The notes under the pieces are model-generated. The model did no database searches, was not told the DNA's origin, and was given only the letters and a program-made list of their open reading frames with translations. A program made the translations under genes and the position numbers. This document shows, in pieces, positions 1 through 12,449 of a DNA stretch of 64,000 nt (positions are counted from its first letter, which is position 1; each line of letters starts with the position of its first letter). The stretch comes from Pecten maximus (taxonomy: Eukaryota). Location of the stretch: contig NC_047031.1 in NCBI RefSeq assembly GCF_902652985.1, positions 8,680,001 to 8,744,000 of the forward strand, written 5' to 3'.

Positions 1-156
1 CTCCACACGGTTCATCGACGAATGCCGACGACCAGAGCTTACAGCGACCGTCGGCCGACGCTACAAACAGTTCGTAACACTTGCACGTGGACTGACAACC
101 AGCAAACGGTGACATGCATTTGGTCTGGATGTCACATTGGTCTCCTATTCGGCTAG
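1..156 (-). CDS. Gene A exon: paired EB/EGF-like Cys modules, unit 3 (truncated by window edge)
   Basis: Acceptor tctctgttttcag at 157-158, phase 1. Translates (A)SRIGDQCDIQTKCMSPFAGCQSTCKCYELFVASADGRCKLWSSAFVDEPCG, clearly paralogous to exons 2291-2587 and 18132-18431. Confidence 0.9.
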
Positions 157-450
157 CTGAAAACAGAGATCCACATTGGTATTTGCTAAAGTCTTTAATA
201 AATGTACGAACAATTAAAAGAAAAAAAAACGAGAAATGGGGACAAACACCGTTTTTGATGCGTATGACAAATGCATCGGCGATCATAGATCGTATCCATT
301 GTAACCTAACGCAAAATGCAAGCCTTTTATTAAATCCGAGTAAAATACAGATCATAATTTCATTTTACACAATAAAAACGAGGCGTTGACCGGTTGTGTC
401 ATTTAAGTCTGATCTGAAAAAAAATTCTGGTAAAATTTGAGTACACATAC

Positions 451-820
451 CTATCATACACTGTGAATTGTCCGCTGAACTGAGATATCCCTCCTTGCAC
501 AGGCAAACAAATCCTTCACATGAGTTAGGACGACATCTTGAGTTGTCCGGACAGTCCTCGTGTCTCGTGCAGCGGTCAAAGATATTGACCTTCATGCGCT
601 CTGTAGTTGTTGTTTGAACGTGTTGTTGTAGTTGTTGTTGGCGGTGTTGTTTTCAGCGTAGTTGGTGTTGCTGCTTCTGTTGTTGTTGTTGTTGTTTCCG
701 GAGTTGTGGTTGTGATGACGATAGCCGTTGTTGTTGTTGTTGTCATTTGTGTTGTCGTTTGTGTTGTTTCCGTTGTTAATTCAGCTGTTGTTGTTGCTGT
801 TGATGTCGCTGTTGTTGGTT
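451..820 (-). CDS. Gene A exon: Thr-rich tract plus 7-Cys EGF-like module, with an apparent 1-nt frameshift near 613-615
   Basis: Acceptor ttttag 821-822, donor gtatgt 445-450. The Thr frame (EPTTATSTA...TTTRS) and the Cys frame (ERMKVNIFDRCTRHEDCPDNSRCRPNSCEGFVCLCKEGYLSSADNSQCMI) differ by one base; exon is 370 nt (3n+1). Confidence 0.8.
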
Positions 821-1394
821 CTAAAATTCAGATAAATACAAAATAAAAAGTGATTAGGAAATATCTTCATGGATTAAAACAATTAAGCTCGAGGAATAGC
901 TATGTATTCAATATTTGGTCGATTTATATGTCGCATACACATATCCATTGATCTAAACACATTTCACCTACTTGTAAATGAATCTAACCATCCTAAATTT
1001 ACTAACTTAATGCGTTTATCTACTTTTTTTCTTAAACCAAACTAAAAGTCACTCATTCTGTGCTTTAAAATTACCGAAATCACATGATAGGTAGAAAAAT
1101 ATAACGTCTTATTGAACTTACAACGTATTAATTTTTGATACAGAAAAAAATAAACTAATGATTTTCAGTTCAGTCTATGTTTGTGAATTAAATTATTGTG
1201 TTATAGGTTTTCTCATTGTTTTTCCACATGAAGAACAAACCTTATAGATGTAACCTGTAGACAATTTTGATTTTTTTTTTGATAATTTCAGCAAAAACGT
1301 AAACACGTCTAGTAACATCAGTTATTGTGAAGCGATGGGAAATGGAAATTTATTCAAGAAATTTACTGATATGGTCAAAGTAGTTTCAACTTAC

Positions 1395-1460
1395 CAGTTG
1401 TCGTTGAGGTTGTGGTGCGCAGTTCTTCTGGGATATAGATCATACTACCGTTACATTTCC
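1395..1460 (-). CDS. Gene A exon: CNG linker and start of Thr tract (unit 2)
   Basis: Acceptor ttttacag 1461-1462, donor gtaagt 1389-1394, 66 nt, phase 1-1. (W)KCNGSMIYIPEELRTTTSTTT parallels (H)TCNGTDIEIPPGLLPTTT at 17894. Confidence 0.85.
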
Positions 1461-2290
1461 CTGTAAAATAACCAACACATTTCTGATTATTGTTTAAAGA
1501 TCATGAAAGAATTGACGGAAATTATACCATTAATGTACTGGTGGCTCCTGTTTAAAAGATATTTTGTTAGTTAGACATACATGTATCTTTTAAATACAAC
1601 TCATCATGATTGTTGGATAACATTTCAGTTACCTTGTCACACTGATCATCAATAATTTTTTTTTTATCTCATATTTATTGCTTGTTAGCTTGTGTTTATT
1701 TTATTTCTTTATTATTTTTTTTTTTTTTTTTTTGCGTTTTTGTTTTTGATTTTTTATTGATTCTTTTTCTTTATTTTTATTTTTGTTTTTGTTTCTTGCT
1801 ATTTTTGGAGTGTTTTTCTGCTTGTTTGCTTTTTTCCCTTGGTTGTAAGCACATTTACACACTACGTCATGTCTTTGTTATCGTGGCGTGACATCACATG
1901 TTTGGAATCTAATTATCTCAGTTTCATATTTCAACAAGCTAATCAAACTGTTGTTTCAGGACCATTATTCATATACTACTATAACTGTGCGATAACGATA
2001 CTTAATCTTACACCGCTTCTGCTTCAACAAAAATATTGTTGAGGTCGCCAGAGCTGACATGATTAAAATAGTCAAAGATTTGTATCTATAATAATGCATT
2101 GCCTCAAAATTATATCATTATATACAAAAGTAAATGTTTATTGTTAATCTTCAAAATAACCAATGTATTGATATTATCAGGTTCATAATCAAATTCAGAA
2201 GAAAAACAAAAATATATGCTTTTCCTCACAATGACTGCAAATGCTAAAAATAAATGTATTTTATATAAAAAAAAAGTTTACTTTACTTAC

Positions 2291-2587
2291 ACAAAGAAAA
2301 GTCCTCTCTTTGACATTGCATAGTCACTAAAGGGTTTACCCAGAATTCCTCTTCCGTCATAGACCGGAAGGGAGGCATGCATATACAGGTTCCTGCCATA
2401 CACTTAGCGGGATATTCGCATCCCATTGTTCCACATGGTTCTCCAACAAAACTGGTTGAGGCTAGTCGGCATCTTCCGTTGGGTGTCGGAATGAAGGCGT
2501 CATAGCAACGACAAGTTTCAAGGCAGCCGGAAAATGGCGATATACACCGAGTCTCTTTGGGATCGCACGATTCGCCAACTCTTGAAG
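2291..2587 (-). CDS. Gene A exon: paired EB/EGF-like modules, 12 Cys (unit 2)
   Basis: Acceptor tttag 2588-2589, donor gtaagt 2285-2290, 297 nt, phase 1-1, inside ORF 2283..2624: ASRVGESCDPKETRCISPFSGC...EEEFWVNPLVTMQCQREDFSL. Confidence 0.92.
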
Positions 2588-3763
2588 CTAAATTGAAAAT
2601 ATAATGCAAGTGTGGATTAATCATACAAATATCTAATTAGTTACTAGCAAGCAATAGTTGATTATTTGGATCGAAACAAACACATGTTTTCTCTTATCTC
2701 GTCATTTTGAATAGGGTTGGCATATGAAGGATAGCTATGTAAGAAAACTCTACCATAGCGATTCACACGAGAGGAATAATCTGCAGGCAAAGGGGACAAC
2801 GGCGCCTGCTCGTGTTTACATTTGTCATGTGTCAACATCGTATCAGCAAGCAACGAGAAAGTCAAAATCTAAAATGAGGACTTTAGTAAAATATAAATAT
2901 GTACCGAGCATAAGTCGCTTTTAACCAGCAATAATCCTATATAATTACCCGGTTATAAAATAAAACAAGCTAATCTTAAACAATAAGTTGATGACATATA
3001 TATATATGATTTATATTCACTGGGCATAAAAATATATTGACAGGCAAAGAAAAATATGTATATCATGTTGTCAAACTCAAAAACCGAAATAAATGGTCCT
3101 AACCACGTGATCATAGAAAACTTCCATTTCTATTCATTGTAACTTATTATGTGTTTTTGTGTAGAGTTGCAGCCACGTTAACTGTCACATTTCTAATTAT
3201 TATCGTCATCGACGATGGAAGCACAGGGGTTCGCAAATCCCTGTGATAAGAAGAAAAATGTGTTCTTCCGTCACCTTCGCCGTTCCAGCAAGAAAACACT
3301 TGTAAATTTCTGTCACAGATAAGGTCTGATACATCCGATCGTTTCAAATCCCCTGTTCGTTCAATCAACAAATCTGTATAAGTATTACTTCAAATTCTCC
3401 AGCACCGAGAGCGGATAGTCTTTAACTATGATTGGAATTCCAATGACAGTGATGACGTCATACAATGACGTTGTATGCAAACTTAGAATTTTTGAAAAAT
3501 GCGTATGATCTTTCGGAATAATTTAATTTTTGTTATGAACTTCAGATAAATTAAGAAAATAGATAGCTGGAAAGACATTTTACCAGAAATGTTTGTACTG
3601 AACAGAAAAATAAGAGTGCTTGTAGGATTGGAGTATTCAAATAATCAGGTGAAATATCCTACATACAAATTTGATAAAAACAAGTATTATCTTCATACTT
3701 TAAACCGTTGAACTTTTGTTTACAATATAAAACGGTAAAAAAAATTATATCATATTATCTTAC

Positions 3764-4855
3764 CTTTTATGCACGAAAATGAATCTTGAGATACCATGTA
3801 CCCCACGTCACATAAACATGTAAATCCATGACAAGCATTCGGGCGGCACCTGGACTTCGGTGGACACTGACTATGACTGGTACATGAGGTATAAACAGGG
3901 AGAAAAGGAGAGGTAGTTGTTGATGTTGATGTTGGTGTTGTTGTCGTTGTTGTTGGCGTTGTTGTGGTCGTGGTAGGCGTGGTTGTTGTCGTGGTAGGCG
4001 TGGTTGTCGTTGTGGTAGGCGTGGTTGTCGTTGTAGGCGTGGTTGTAGTTGTGGTAGGCGTGGTTGTGGTCGTGGTAGGCGTGGTTGTAGTTGTGGTAGG
4101 CGTGGTTGTGGTCGTGGTAGGCGTTGTTGTCGTTGTGGTAGGCGTGGTAGTTGTCGTGGTAGGCGTGGTTGTTGTCGTGGTAGGCGTGGTTGTAGTTGTG
4201 GTAGGCGTGGTTGTGGTCGTGGTAGGCGTTGTTGTCGTTGTGGTAGGCGTGGTAGTTGTCGTGGTAGGCGTTGTTGTCGTTGTGGTAGGCGTGGTAGTTG
4301 TGGTAGGCGTTGTTGTCGTTGTGGTAGGCGTGGTTGTCGTTGTGGTAGGCGTGGTTGTTGTCGTGGTAGGCGTTGTTGTCGTTGTGGTAGGCGTGGTTGT
4401 CGTCGTGGTAGGCGTGGTTGTCGTTGTAGTAGGCGTGGTGGTTGTCGTTGTAGGAGTGGTGGTTGTCGTTGTAGGAGTGGTTGTTGTCGTGGTAGGCGTG
4501 GTTGTTGTTGTGGTAGGCGTGGTTGTTGTTGTGGTAGGCGTGGTTGTCGTTGTGGTAGGCGTGGTTGTCGTTGTGGTAGGCGTGGTTGTCGTCGTGGTAG
4601 GCGTGGTTGTCGTTGTAGTAGGCGTGGTGGTTGTCGTTGTAGGAGTGGTTGTTGTCGTGGTAGGCGTGGTTGTCGTTGTGGTAGGCGTGGTTGTCGTTGT
4701 GGTAGGCGTTGTTGTTGTCGTTGTAGGCGTAGTTGTCGTTGTGGTAGGCGTGGTCGTCGTCGTGGTAGGCGTGGTTGTCGTTGTTGTTGGCGTAGTAGTT
4801 GTTGTAGGTGTAGTTGTGGTGGTAGTAGGCGTTGTAGTAGTCGTCGTAGGAGTTG
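3764..4855 (-). CDS. Gene A exon: (PTTTTTT)n mucin tract plus 7-Cys EGF-like module
   Basis: Acceptor tttcatag 4856-4857, donor gtaaga 3758-3763, 1092 nt, phase 1-1. Ends SPFLPVYTSCTSHSQCPPKSRCRPNACHGFTCLCDVGYMVSQDSFSCIK. This frame is absent from the ORF track. Confidence 0.9.
3930..4855 (-). repeat. Coding 21-bp tandem repeat, consensus ACG CCT ACC ACA ACG ACA ACC
   Basis: Roughly 44 copies visible, with occasional 18-bp units. Confidence 0.95.
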
Positions 4856-7673
4856 CTATGAAAGCAAATCAAACAAAATGTTTTCTACAGTTTAAGAGTG
4901 GTTTTATCAAAGCTGTCACCAAATATGATTAATATATGCAATGGGTAGCAATTGTATTAATATAACAAATTGTTGTACAGATTGCATATGTATATACAAA
5001 TATCAAAAAATGTTAAAGGTGACAGAAATATAAAAAAAAGATGTAACGCCTTGGATTGTCAATTACTATGTATTTATATACATACAAAAAAATGTATATA
5101 CATACGTTTGTATTGTCAATATGCAGGTTTAGATAACTACGTTTACATATTTAAAATATGTGCTTTATTTTTATAGAATTTGACACTTTTACTGCATACT
5201 GCTACAACAGAGAAAGCGTTATGAATTTCCAACTAGATAAAAAGAGAAAATATGAAAGTGCTTGAATTGATACCAACATATCAAACTGACGTGATTCATA
5301 TTTATATTTGACATTTTCCACATTACAAAATATTAGCCACGGTAGTTTATATGTCTGAAAGAGCATTTCCATATTCTTTGAAAAACCTTAATAATACAGA
5401 TATGACATTTTGAAATTCAATTGAAATTTTGAAGTTATTGAATAATTGACATTTGGCATCACCTCATTCAGTTTTGAAATTTATTTTCCAACCTATATCG
5501 TGTGCTTGGGAGCCTCCTATAATCGAAATATTATGCCTTCAGTATCACGGATGAGACTCAGAGGGATGAAACAGCTCTATGATGCAATTTAATTCATTTT
5601 TGCTCTACTGTATATATTAACTCTCGTTTGGTTTTGAAATGTGTCAATATCTATCTTTTGTACAATTCATTTGGATAATACACTTGATCAATCTTTATTA
5701 TCGTCACAAAGAAGTCATATAAAGATCGCACAACTAAACCTTTGGACTTTCTGACCGATGATGGATGGTAAACTGCCCCATTCAGTTGTTTCATATTTTA
5801 ATGGTCACTTAGTGGTGTCAATGCACAACTGGTTAGAAAAGAATGAGTAATAATACACCAAAACATTGCTAACCTTTAGAAGAGGAATTAGAATATAGAG
5901 CATAACGCAAACATCGTGATCTCCTTTCACATTTACCTCTTTAGATAATGTTTAAAAAGGGGGGGAAATAAAACAAACTAGAACAAAATGAAACATGAAA
6001 AAACAAATCAGTTTCCAGATCATATCATTCCTGGAGGTTTTGTTGCTAGTCATGTTTTAAGAGTGCTGCGTTGATTAGCCTATTATAACAGGATTGTTGT
6101 ACTGTAGTGAAAGATATATATATGATTGGTTTTAATGTTGCGGGAGATACACATGATTTGTTTATTCTATCAACGCTAAGCCCGGGAAGTCAGCGAGACG
6201 TTTTAATGACGAAATGAAAGAATGGCCAACAAACACATCAATACAATGAAATCCATTTGAATATGAAGTAATCTTTTGATGAAATTTTAATGCAGACATA
6301 TACATTTTTTTCTGCTGTTTCTATTTCAAAAAGATGTGAGGCATTGTCTAAAACCTAAAACAAAATGAACAAACAAGAATCAAATACAAACTATATGACT
6401 ATATATAGTTTGTTATGTGATTAACGTGTTTTATAATGACCTTGTAATGATAATCGAGATGAACATTAGTCATATAAACATGCTTTACGCCTACAGGTCT
6501 TTCGACTGTACTTGTCTTACAAAAGAAGAACCGACACCAACAACAGTTCCAATGGAACGCAAACAGTTTTTATTTGTTAAAAAAACATTTTTTGTTAGAA
6601 ATGTGTATTTTTTACAGAACAAAATTTTAAAAAACTGAATCTACATGGTGGTTCTATACAAAATCTCTTACAGAGAAAGATATGATGCAAATAAATTATA
6701 TAAAACGGCTCACACTAAAATCATAAATAAATAAAAACTAATGTAGATTCCCGTCGGAATAAACATCGATCTTATTCTTTCATCATAAAGCAAAACCAAT
6801 AATGAGATGGCAGTTCCCCGTCGACAACATGTGAATAACGTCACAGAGATAATACGATGACGTCACACCGACATCTTTATTATGACGCCATAAAGTGTAT
6901 CAGTTGGTTTTTTCCTACCGCATGAGTAAATTATCTTATCTCATAAAGCTCACGGGGCGATCCTTTGGTAGTTATTGATGGGATAACTCATTGCTACTAG
7001 GGTAGGGAAAGACTGTTGACATCTGCCTACTTAAAAAAGAGTAGCGTCATCATTTTATGTAGCGTAACCATGCCGTCAATTGATGACGTCATCAATTTCG
7101 ACATTGATGATGACACGAGGAAAAGGTTTCAAAACAGTTTGCAAATTGATGCTGTTTTGAAGTAAGCGAAACCAAATAATTCAAACATGGGTCCGTTCCG
7201 TGGACAGGGATATTTCAACCCTGGTGTAAGAGCATAAATGGTCAGCACGAGACTGAATGCTGATCATACAAACGCTTACACACGTCTCCATGTTAAAATT
7301 AACATGTCAAACCAACATTATGATGTTATGTATGGGAAACGCATAAGAACTTTATAATATGCAAAGGTTTCTATATTTAACCCCTATGAGTACATGGCAG
7401 AATGATGAGGGACAATGAAAGAAACAAGAATATTCCCCAGAACAATTCTTTTGAGCAAAATATATACTGAAGAAATCCTGCTCCCAACAACTTAAAAAAA
7501 AACTTGAGACAAATTCAATTTATTGCACTTGTGACTATAATTAAGCAATATCATTCAAACAACCAACAAGTATTTACCCATAAATCGGTATTGAAATTAA
7601 AAACATCAGCATGTAGATTCGAATAAGGAAATCTACTTGGGGGTAGTAACGATAGTTTTTTTATGTAACGTTA

Positions 7674-8117
7674 TAGAGGTTGAAGGGATGTGAAAAGTGT
7701 CATTTTCATTGTTTAATTTACGTTTGAAACCACTATCAGCATATTAGAGGTTGAATGGGTGTGGAGAGTGTCATTTTCATTGTTTTATTTTCGATTGAAA
7801 CCACCATCAGCATATTAGAGGTTGAAGGGGTGTGAAAAGTGTCATTTTTATTATTTTATTTTTCATTTGAAACCACTATCAGCATGATAGAGGTTGAAGG
7901 GGTGTGAAAAGTGTAATTTTCATTGTTTTATTTTCGTTTGAAACCACTATCAGCATGATAGAGGTTGGAGCAGTGTGAAAAGTGTAATTTTCATTGTTTT
8001 ATTTTCGTTTGAAACCACTATCAGCATGATAGAGGTTGGAGCAGTGTGAAAGGTGTAATTTTCATTGTTTTATTTCGTTTGAAACCACTATCAGCATGAT
8101 AGAGGTTTGAGGGGTGT
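7674..8117. repeat. ~71-bp minisatellite, ~6 copies
   Basis: Unit tagaggttgaaggggtgtgaaaagtgtcattttcattgttttattttcgtttgaaaccactatcagcatga starts at 7674, 7745, 7816, 7888, 7959, 8030, 8100. Confidence 0.95.
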
Positions 8118-8750
8118 ATCACGTTATACACAAGGTGTCCTGTAATCTAGCTATGACGCGATTACTCAGTAATAGATCGGTAAAACAGCCGACATTGATG
8201 TGTCTATGCAAACTCTAAAGTATCTATTTCAGAGAACTTACAAAATATTAAACATATCGGACCAATAACAAATTGCGCGCCAACCGTACTTTCCTTATAA
8301 CAAATATAGTTATACTGCATTTAACTTCAACTATGATTAAACGGAAGACTTTCAACGCGAAACGCGTTAAAATAATATTACCGCAAAGATATGTATTGTG
8401 CATTTATAATAGCTTACAACACTTTTGTTGCCTCTGTTCTAATGGTATATGGTGCATACAATATAAAGTCAATCTATTTATCGTGACATTAATCGTTACA
8501 AGCGATAAATATTATAAAAATATCGTTATAAACATATTTTTCAATAAAGACCCTGTAAGTTGTTATTGGTAATGAAACATAAATATTAACACAAAGGGTA
8601 GTAAAATCGGATAAGTCTTATATAGTATGTACATTAAAGAATAGTATATATGCCACGTCTGATAATTCATATTTAAATTATGGATGGTTAATTCACTCTT
8701 TGCATATACATGTATGCATGTATATATACATGTATATGCAAACCTGGTGC

Positions 8751-8756
8751 TTTATT
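8751..8756 (-). promoter_or_regulatory. Candidate polyadenylation signal for the membrane-form terminal exon
   Basis: First minus-strand AATAAA I found downstream of the stop at 9659-9661 (~0.9 kb). AT-rich context, so weak evidence. Confidence 0.3.
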
Positions 8757-9658
8757 AAATTGTATATGATTATTTTGTATAACTGGTTCAAATGTATAAA
8801 CTTTATAAAATAATGAAGATGATGATAACAAATGTACGCGGCAAACTTTTACATGTCTCGTTTCGATATGTTGCATGATACCTGTTTAACATATGTGATT
8901 TTAATTGCATCTACACAAATCTCTGTTTTCTCACTTTCTACATGCAAAGGTCAAAACAAAATATATTGATTGTAAGGGCATATAAGGAAACATCTGCTTC
9001 AGTTTTCAAACCACTCAGGGATTATTGCCCTTGAAGCATGACTACTCATATTCAATTTTGATAACTAAATCTATTTTCATTGCAATTATATCTGATTAAT
9101 CCAATATCCAACGATCATGATTTGCTTATCAAGATGTCATAGGAAAACGAAAGTGACGTTTGCAACAAACTTGTATGCAAATTCACTTTTAATGACACTT
9201 TCTACTTTCTAGGTAATTGATAAAACGCAGATTTGGCATAATACATGTATATTGATACTGTTTGGTACACTCCAAAAAGTCTAATATAACGATATTATAG
9301 ATGTAATTTATGGATATAGCAATGCATCTTAACTCATAATCAGAGGGGTTAACAGTATTGAAGACTGAACCACGTGACCACTAATGAAAACTATAAAACT
9401 ATGAGTAAAACTGATATACACTGTATACAGTTTTCAAAAAAAAAACAGAATATAAAATTGAAAAAGTAAAACATATTTACAGAAATCTCAAATGTTTGGT
9501 GACGACAAAGCAGGTATAGAACAAAAAGGAACTATTAAAATGAAAAGGGGTGTTTGCAGTTGCTATTTGAATTTGAGCATTTTCCTAGAAATCCGGGTAT
9601 TTTTTTTCTTTTTTTTTTAGATGTTTCGTTCTTGAACATATTCTTTCTCTTGGCACAT

Positions 9659-9926
9659 TCATCCTGTAGCTTGTTTCTCCCCGGAATTTCTCTCTTGTTC
9701 CTTGTCAATCTCTTCGTACATAACCTCGTCACCATTTAATGACATGACGGAGCCGTAGTAGGGACTGAATGATGAAAATGAGGAGCCCCACGTGCTATAA
9801 TCGTTAGTATATATAGGTGTGGTCAGACTGGGACGGGGGATTTTGAAATTGTTCAACGACTCATTGTCGGGTTTTACAGTGTTCTCGACCGGCTTCTGAG
9901 CTGGAGTTTCTGCATCTTTCGCTGCT
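9659..9926 (-). CDS. Terminal exon: cytoplasmic tail with Tyr motifs and stop
   Basis: Poly-T-cag acceptor at 9927-9928, phase 2 matching exon 11601-11700. (R)AAKDAETPAQKPVENTVKPDNESLNNFKIPRPSLTTPIYTNDYSTWGSSFSSFSPYYGSVMSLNGDEVMYEEIDKEQERNSGEKQATG*. Confidence 0.85.
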
Positions 9927-11600
9927 CTGAAAAAAAAAGTTATGTATAAGTATAAATATAAACCAATGACAATATGGTCATTAAATAGTCTTTTTCATTT
10001 AAAGATTGGGTATTCTTATCAAATCATATGATACCCTCCACGAAATTACCAAATGAACGTTAAAAATACGTATATAGTCATACGATCAGTGTTTATAGTG
10101 ATAATAAGAAAAGTCATAATTAAATGGATATTCCTTTGTTTGAGTAAGGTTTAGGTCTTCAAAATCTAACCAAGTAGTAAAGGTTATAATCTTTACATTT
10201 TTACGGCAGTTTTACTCCCGAGATAAACCAAAGTTCTTCGAGTATTAAGGTATGAATATTCTTAATTCGACCAAAAGTATCACTTATTTAACCGCAAAGA
10301 AAACAATTGTATACAGTACGCATTTTTTCCTGTTCATTTCGGTGTTTATTTCATTATTTGTAGGCACAAACACTCATATAATCATCGTTCGGACATAAAT
10401 TCCATCAATAGAAATTGTGTATGTTTCTGATGTCCGAACGAAGTAATACCCCCTTTAACTTTTCGCACTTAAATATTGTCAATATGTAGCAACGAGCAAT
10501 TAAATAAAGCAAAAATAGACTATCTAACGAAATTTATTGTATTTTTCGTTTTGCTTTGAAATAATACTCCGAAACTATTGTTCGGTCTAACAAGTCACTA
10601 ACTACCACAACTTTAACTGTTGTTACTTCCTAGTACAGACAAAACTAATAATGATAATAGACATCTAGATAAAACTTAATATAACTCACATTTTATGTGA
10701 AATATTCCATTGATAAAACTTAGCTCTATATTTGTTTAATTAGACAAGATAATGACAAAGCTCGCCAGCCCCATCAGGATCTAAACTAAACCTGATGTTG
10801 ATGATTTGCTAGCAATGGGATAGAACATGTACAAGTATTTTTTATTTATTTTTTTTATTTTCCTATGTTTATGATTACTCTATTGTTGTTATCAATGTAA
10901 TGATATTAACGTGAGTAAATGAAATATACAGGAACATTTTAAACTGAGATGTGCCTTTCGTTAACCAAGTTCACATGTTAAATTGGGTAAAAGTTGATAT
11001 CGCTACCATTGCCGTTATTCTAACTTATATGATGATGTATTCTTTCATTTTCAGTAACATACAACATTGAATTGTAAAACGTCCTCGAGGTTTGCCAAAA
11101 TAGGTATGCCATGTTTTAATTAATTTAAATAATGAAACGGCACAGAATATACACTGTACACACATGCTTTTGATGTTCTTTGAAATTCAAAATTGAAAAT
11201 GTTGAAATTAATTAAATTATAGAACTATTGCTAACCCCCTTCTCGATTTTGATATTTCGTTCGACCTATTTTAATATCTTCAGTTGCCTTCTAATTATAA
11301 ACCTTTTAGTCATTAGCATCATTGACGAGCCTTTGAAGAACAGTTGTATGATGCAATTGATAAATTCATTTTACTCTACTGTATCGCACTCTTAGTTTGT
11401 ATTAATGTTTATAAATTGTGTGTTTTTGTACTTCTTTACGACAAGTGAAAATATCTAATGGAAAATAAACAAAACACACCAGGTTTCTACGAACCAGGCA
11501 TCTGGCAAGGATATTAATCAACATTTTCAATTTTTGATATTGGCTGCATAAATATATTTTACCTATATACATTTAATGTCATTATTACAAAAAGGCTTAC

Positions 11601-11700
11601 CGCTGTTTCCTCCTTTTCTTCCTCCCACAGGTCAACATGACCAGACAAAGCATGTTTACAAGGAATACAAAGCCAGCCACTGAAGGAATAATGAATATTT
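11601..11700 (-). CDS. Transmembrane exon with basic stop-transfer segment
   Basis: Acceptor tctctttcag 11701-11702, donor gtaagc 11595-11600, phase 1 to 2. (E)IFIIPSVAGFVFLVNMLCLVMLTCGRKKRRKQR. Confidence 0.88.
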
Positions 11701-11963
11701 CTGAAAGAGAAAACAGTCCTTTATTTTATTTTCAACAACCATAATCCACACCTGTTGCACTGGGAAGGGAACTTAGTAAACGTGACTTATCTATTATAAT
11801 ACATACTTTGATCAATCTCTAGGTTATTCAACTTTCAATAAAGTTATTTTGTAGCGAGATAAATTTTATACAAAAAATGTAGTTACGCCCAAATCCTACA
11901 CATCTGATAAATGTTCTAAAATTAACATTGTACAAGTTATTTATAATTAATGGTATCACTTAC

Positions 11964-12026
11964 CAAGTCCTCCATTCTGCACAGATGATATATTTGATGC
12001 AGATTCACTTCCGGTTTCGTTTAGAG
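11964..12026 (-). CDS. Short extracellular juxtamembrane exon with two N-glycosylation sequons
   Basis: Acceptor ttttctttaaag 12027-12028, donor gtaagt 11958-11963, 63 nt, phase 1-1. xLNETGSESASNISSVQNGGL (NET, NIS). Confidence 0.75.
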
Positions 12027-12391
12027 CTTTAAAGAAAAAAAATGCATTCTTGTCAGAAATATAATACTTTCACATATACTCATTCTTAAAGTCCAATTAT
12101 GTTTGTTGGCATAACAAAGTTCCATTGGAAGTAAATAAACATGCGTGTTTTGCTAATATTTGCATAAACTTAGTCAATTATCTGTCTGAACAATTTTAAT
12201 ATCTGACACCTCTAGACATTTGATTTTCAAATCGTTACAGCTTGAAAGATATTCTCTATTGAAATAGTTTGTATGCTGAATCGACGAAGCATTCAAGCGT
12301 TTGTTTTTTAAAGCGGAAATGTTAATATTATAGGAATTATATATATATATATATATGGTATATTACATAACATCAGTAGAAACAGCATTAT

Positions 12392-12449
12392 CATATACTC
12401 TCATATTCTCCATATACTCTCATATTCTCCATATACTCTCATATTCTCT
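12392..12449. repeat. 19-bp tandem repeat x3
   Basis: catatactctcatattctc repeated three times. Confidence 0.85.

Noticed and set aside
3964-4932. Plus-strand poly-Val/Gly ORFs (also 607..846 and 17093..17944) and the Cys/Gly/Ser ORF 17002..17829
   Set aside because: Antisense shadows of Thr/Pro codon repeats; splice sites and flanking Cys modules support only the minus-strand Thr frame.
6417-6638. Short ORF/exon candidates in 5900-6650 as a signal exon for a separate downstream mucin gene
   Set aside because: The hydrophobic minus-strand stretch has no in-frame ATG (the nearest ATG hits TAA); the plus-strand ORF has no recognisable domain.
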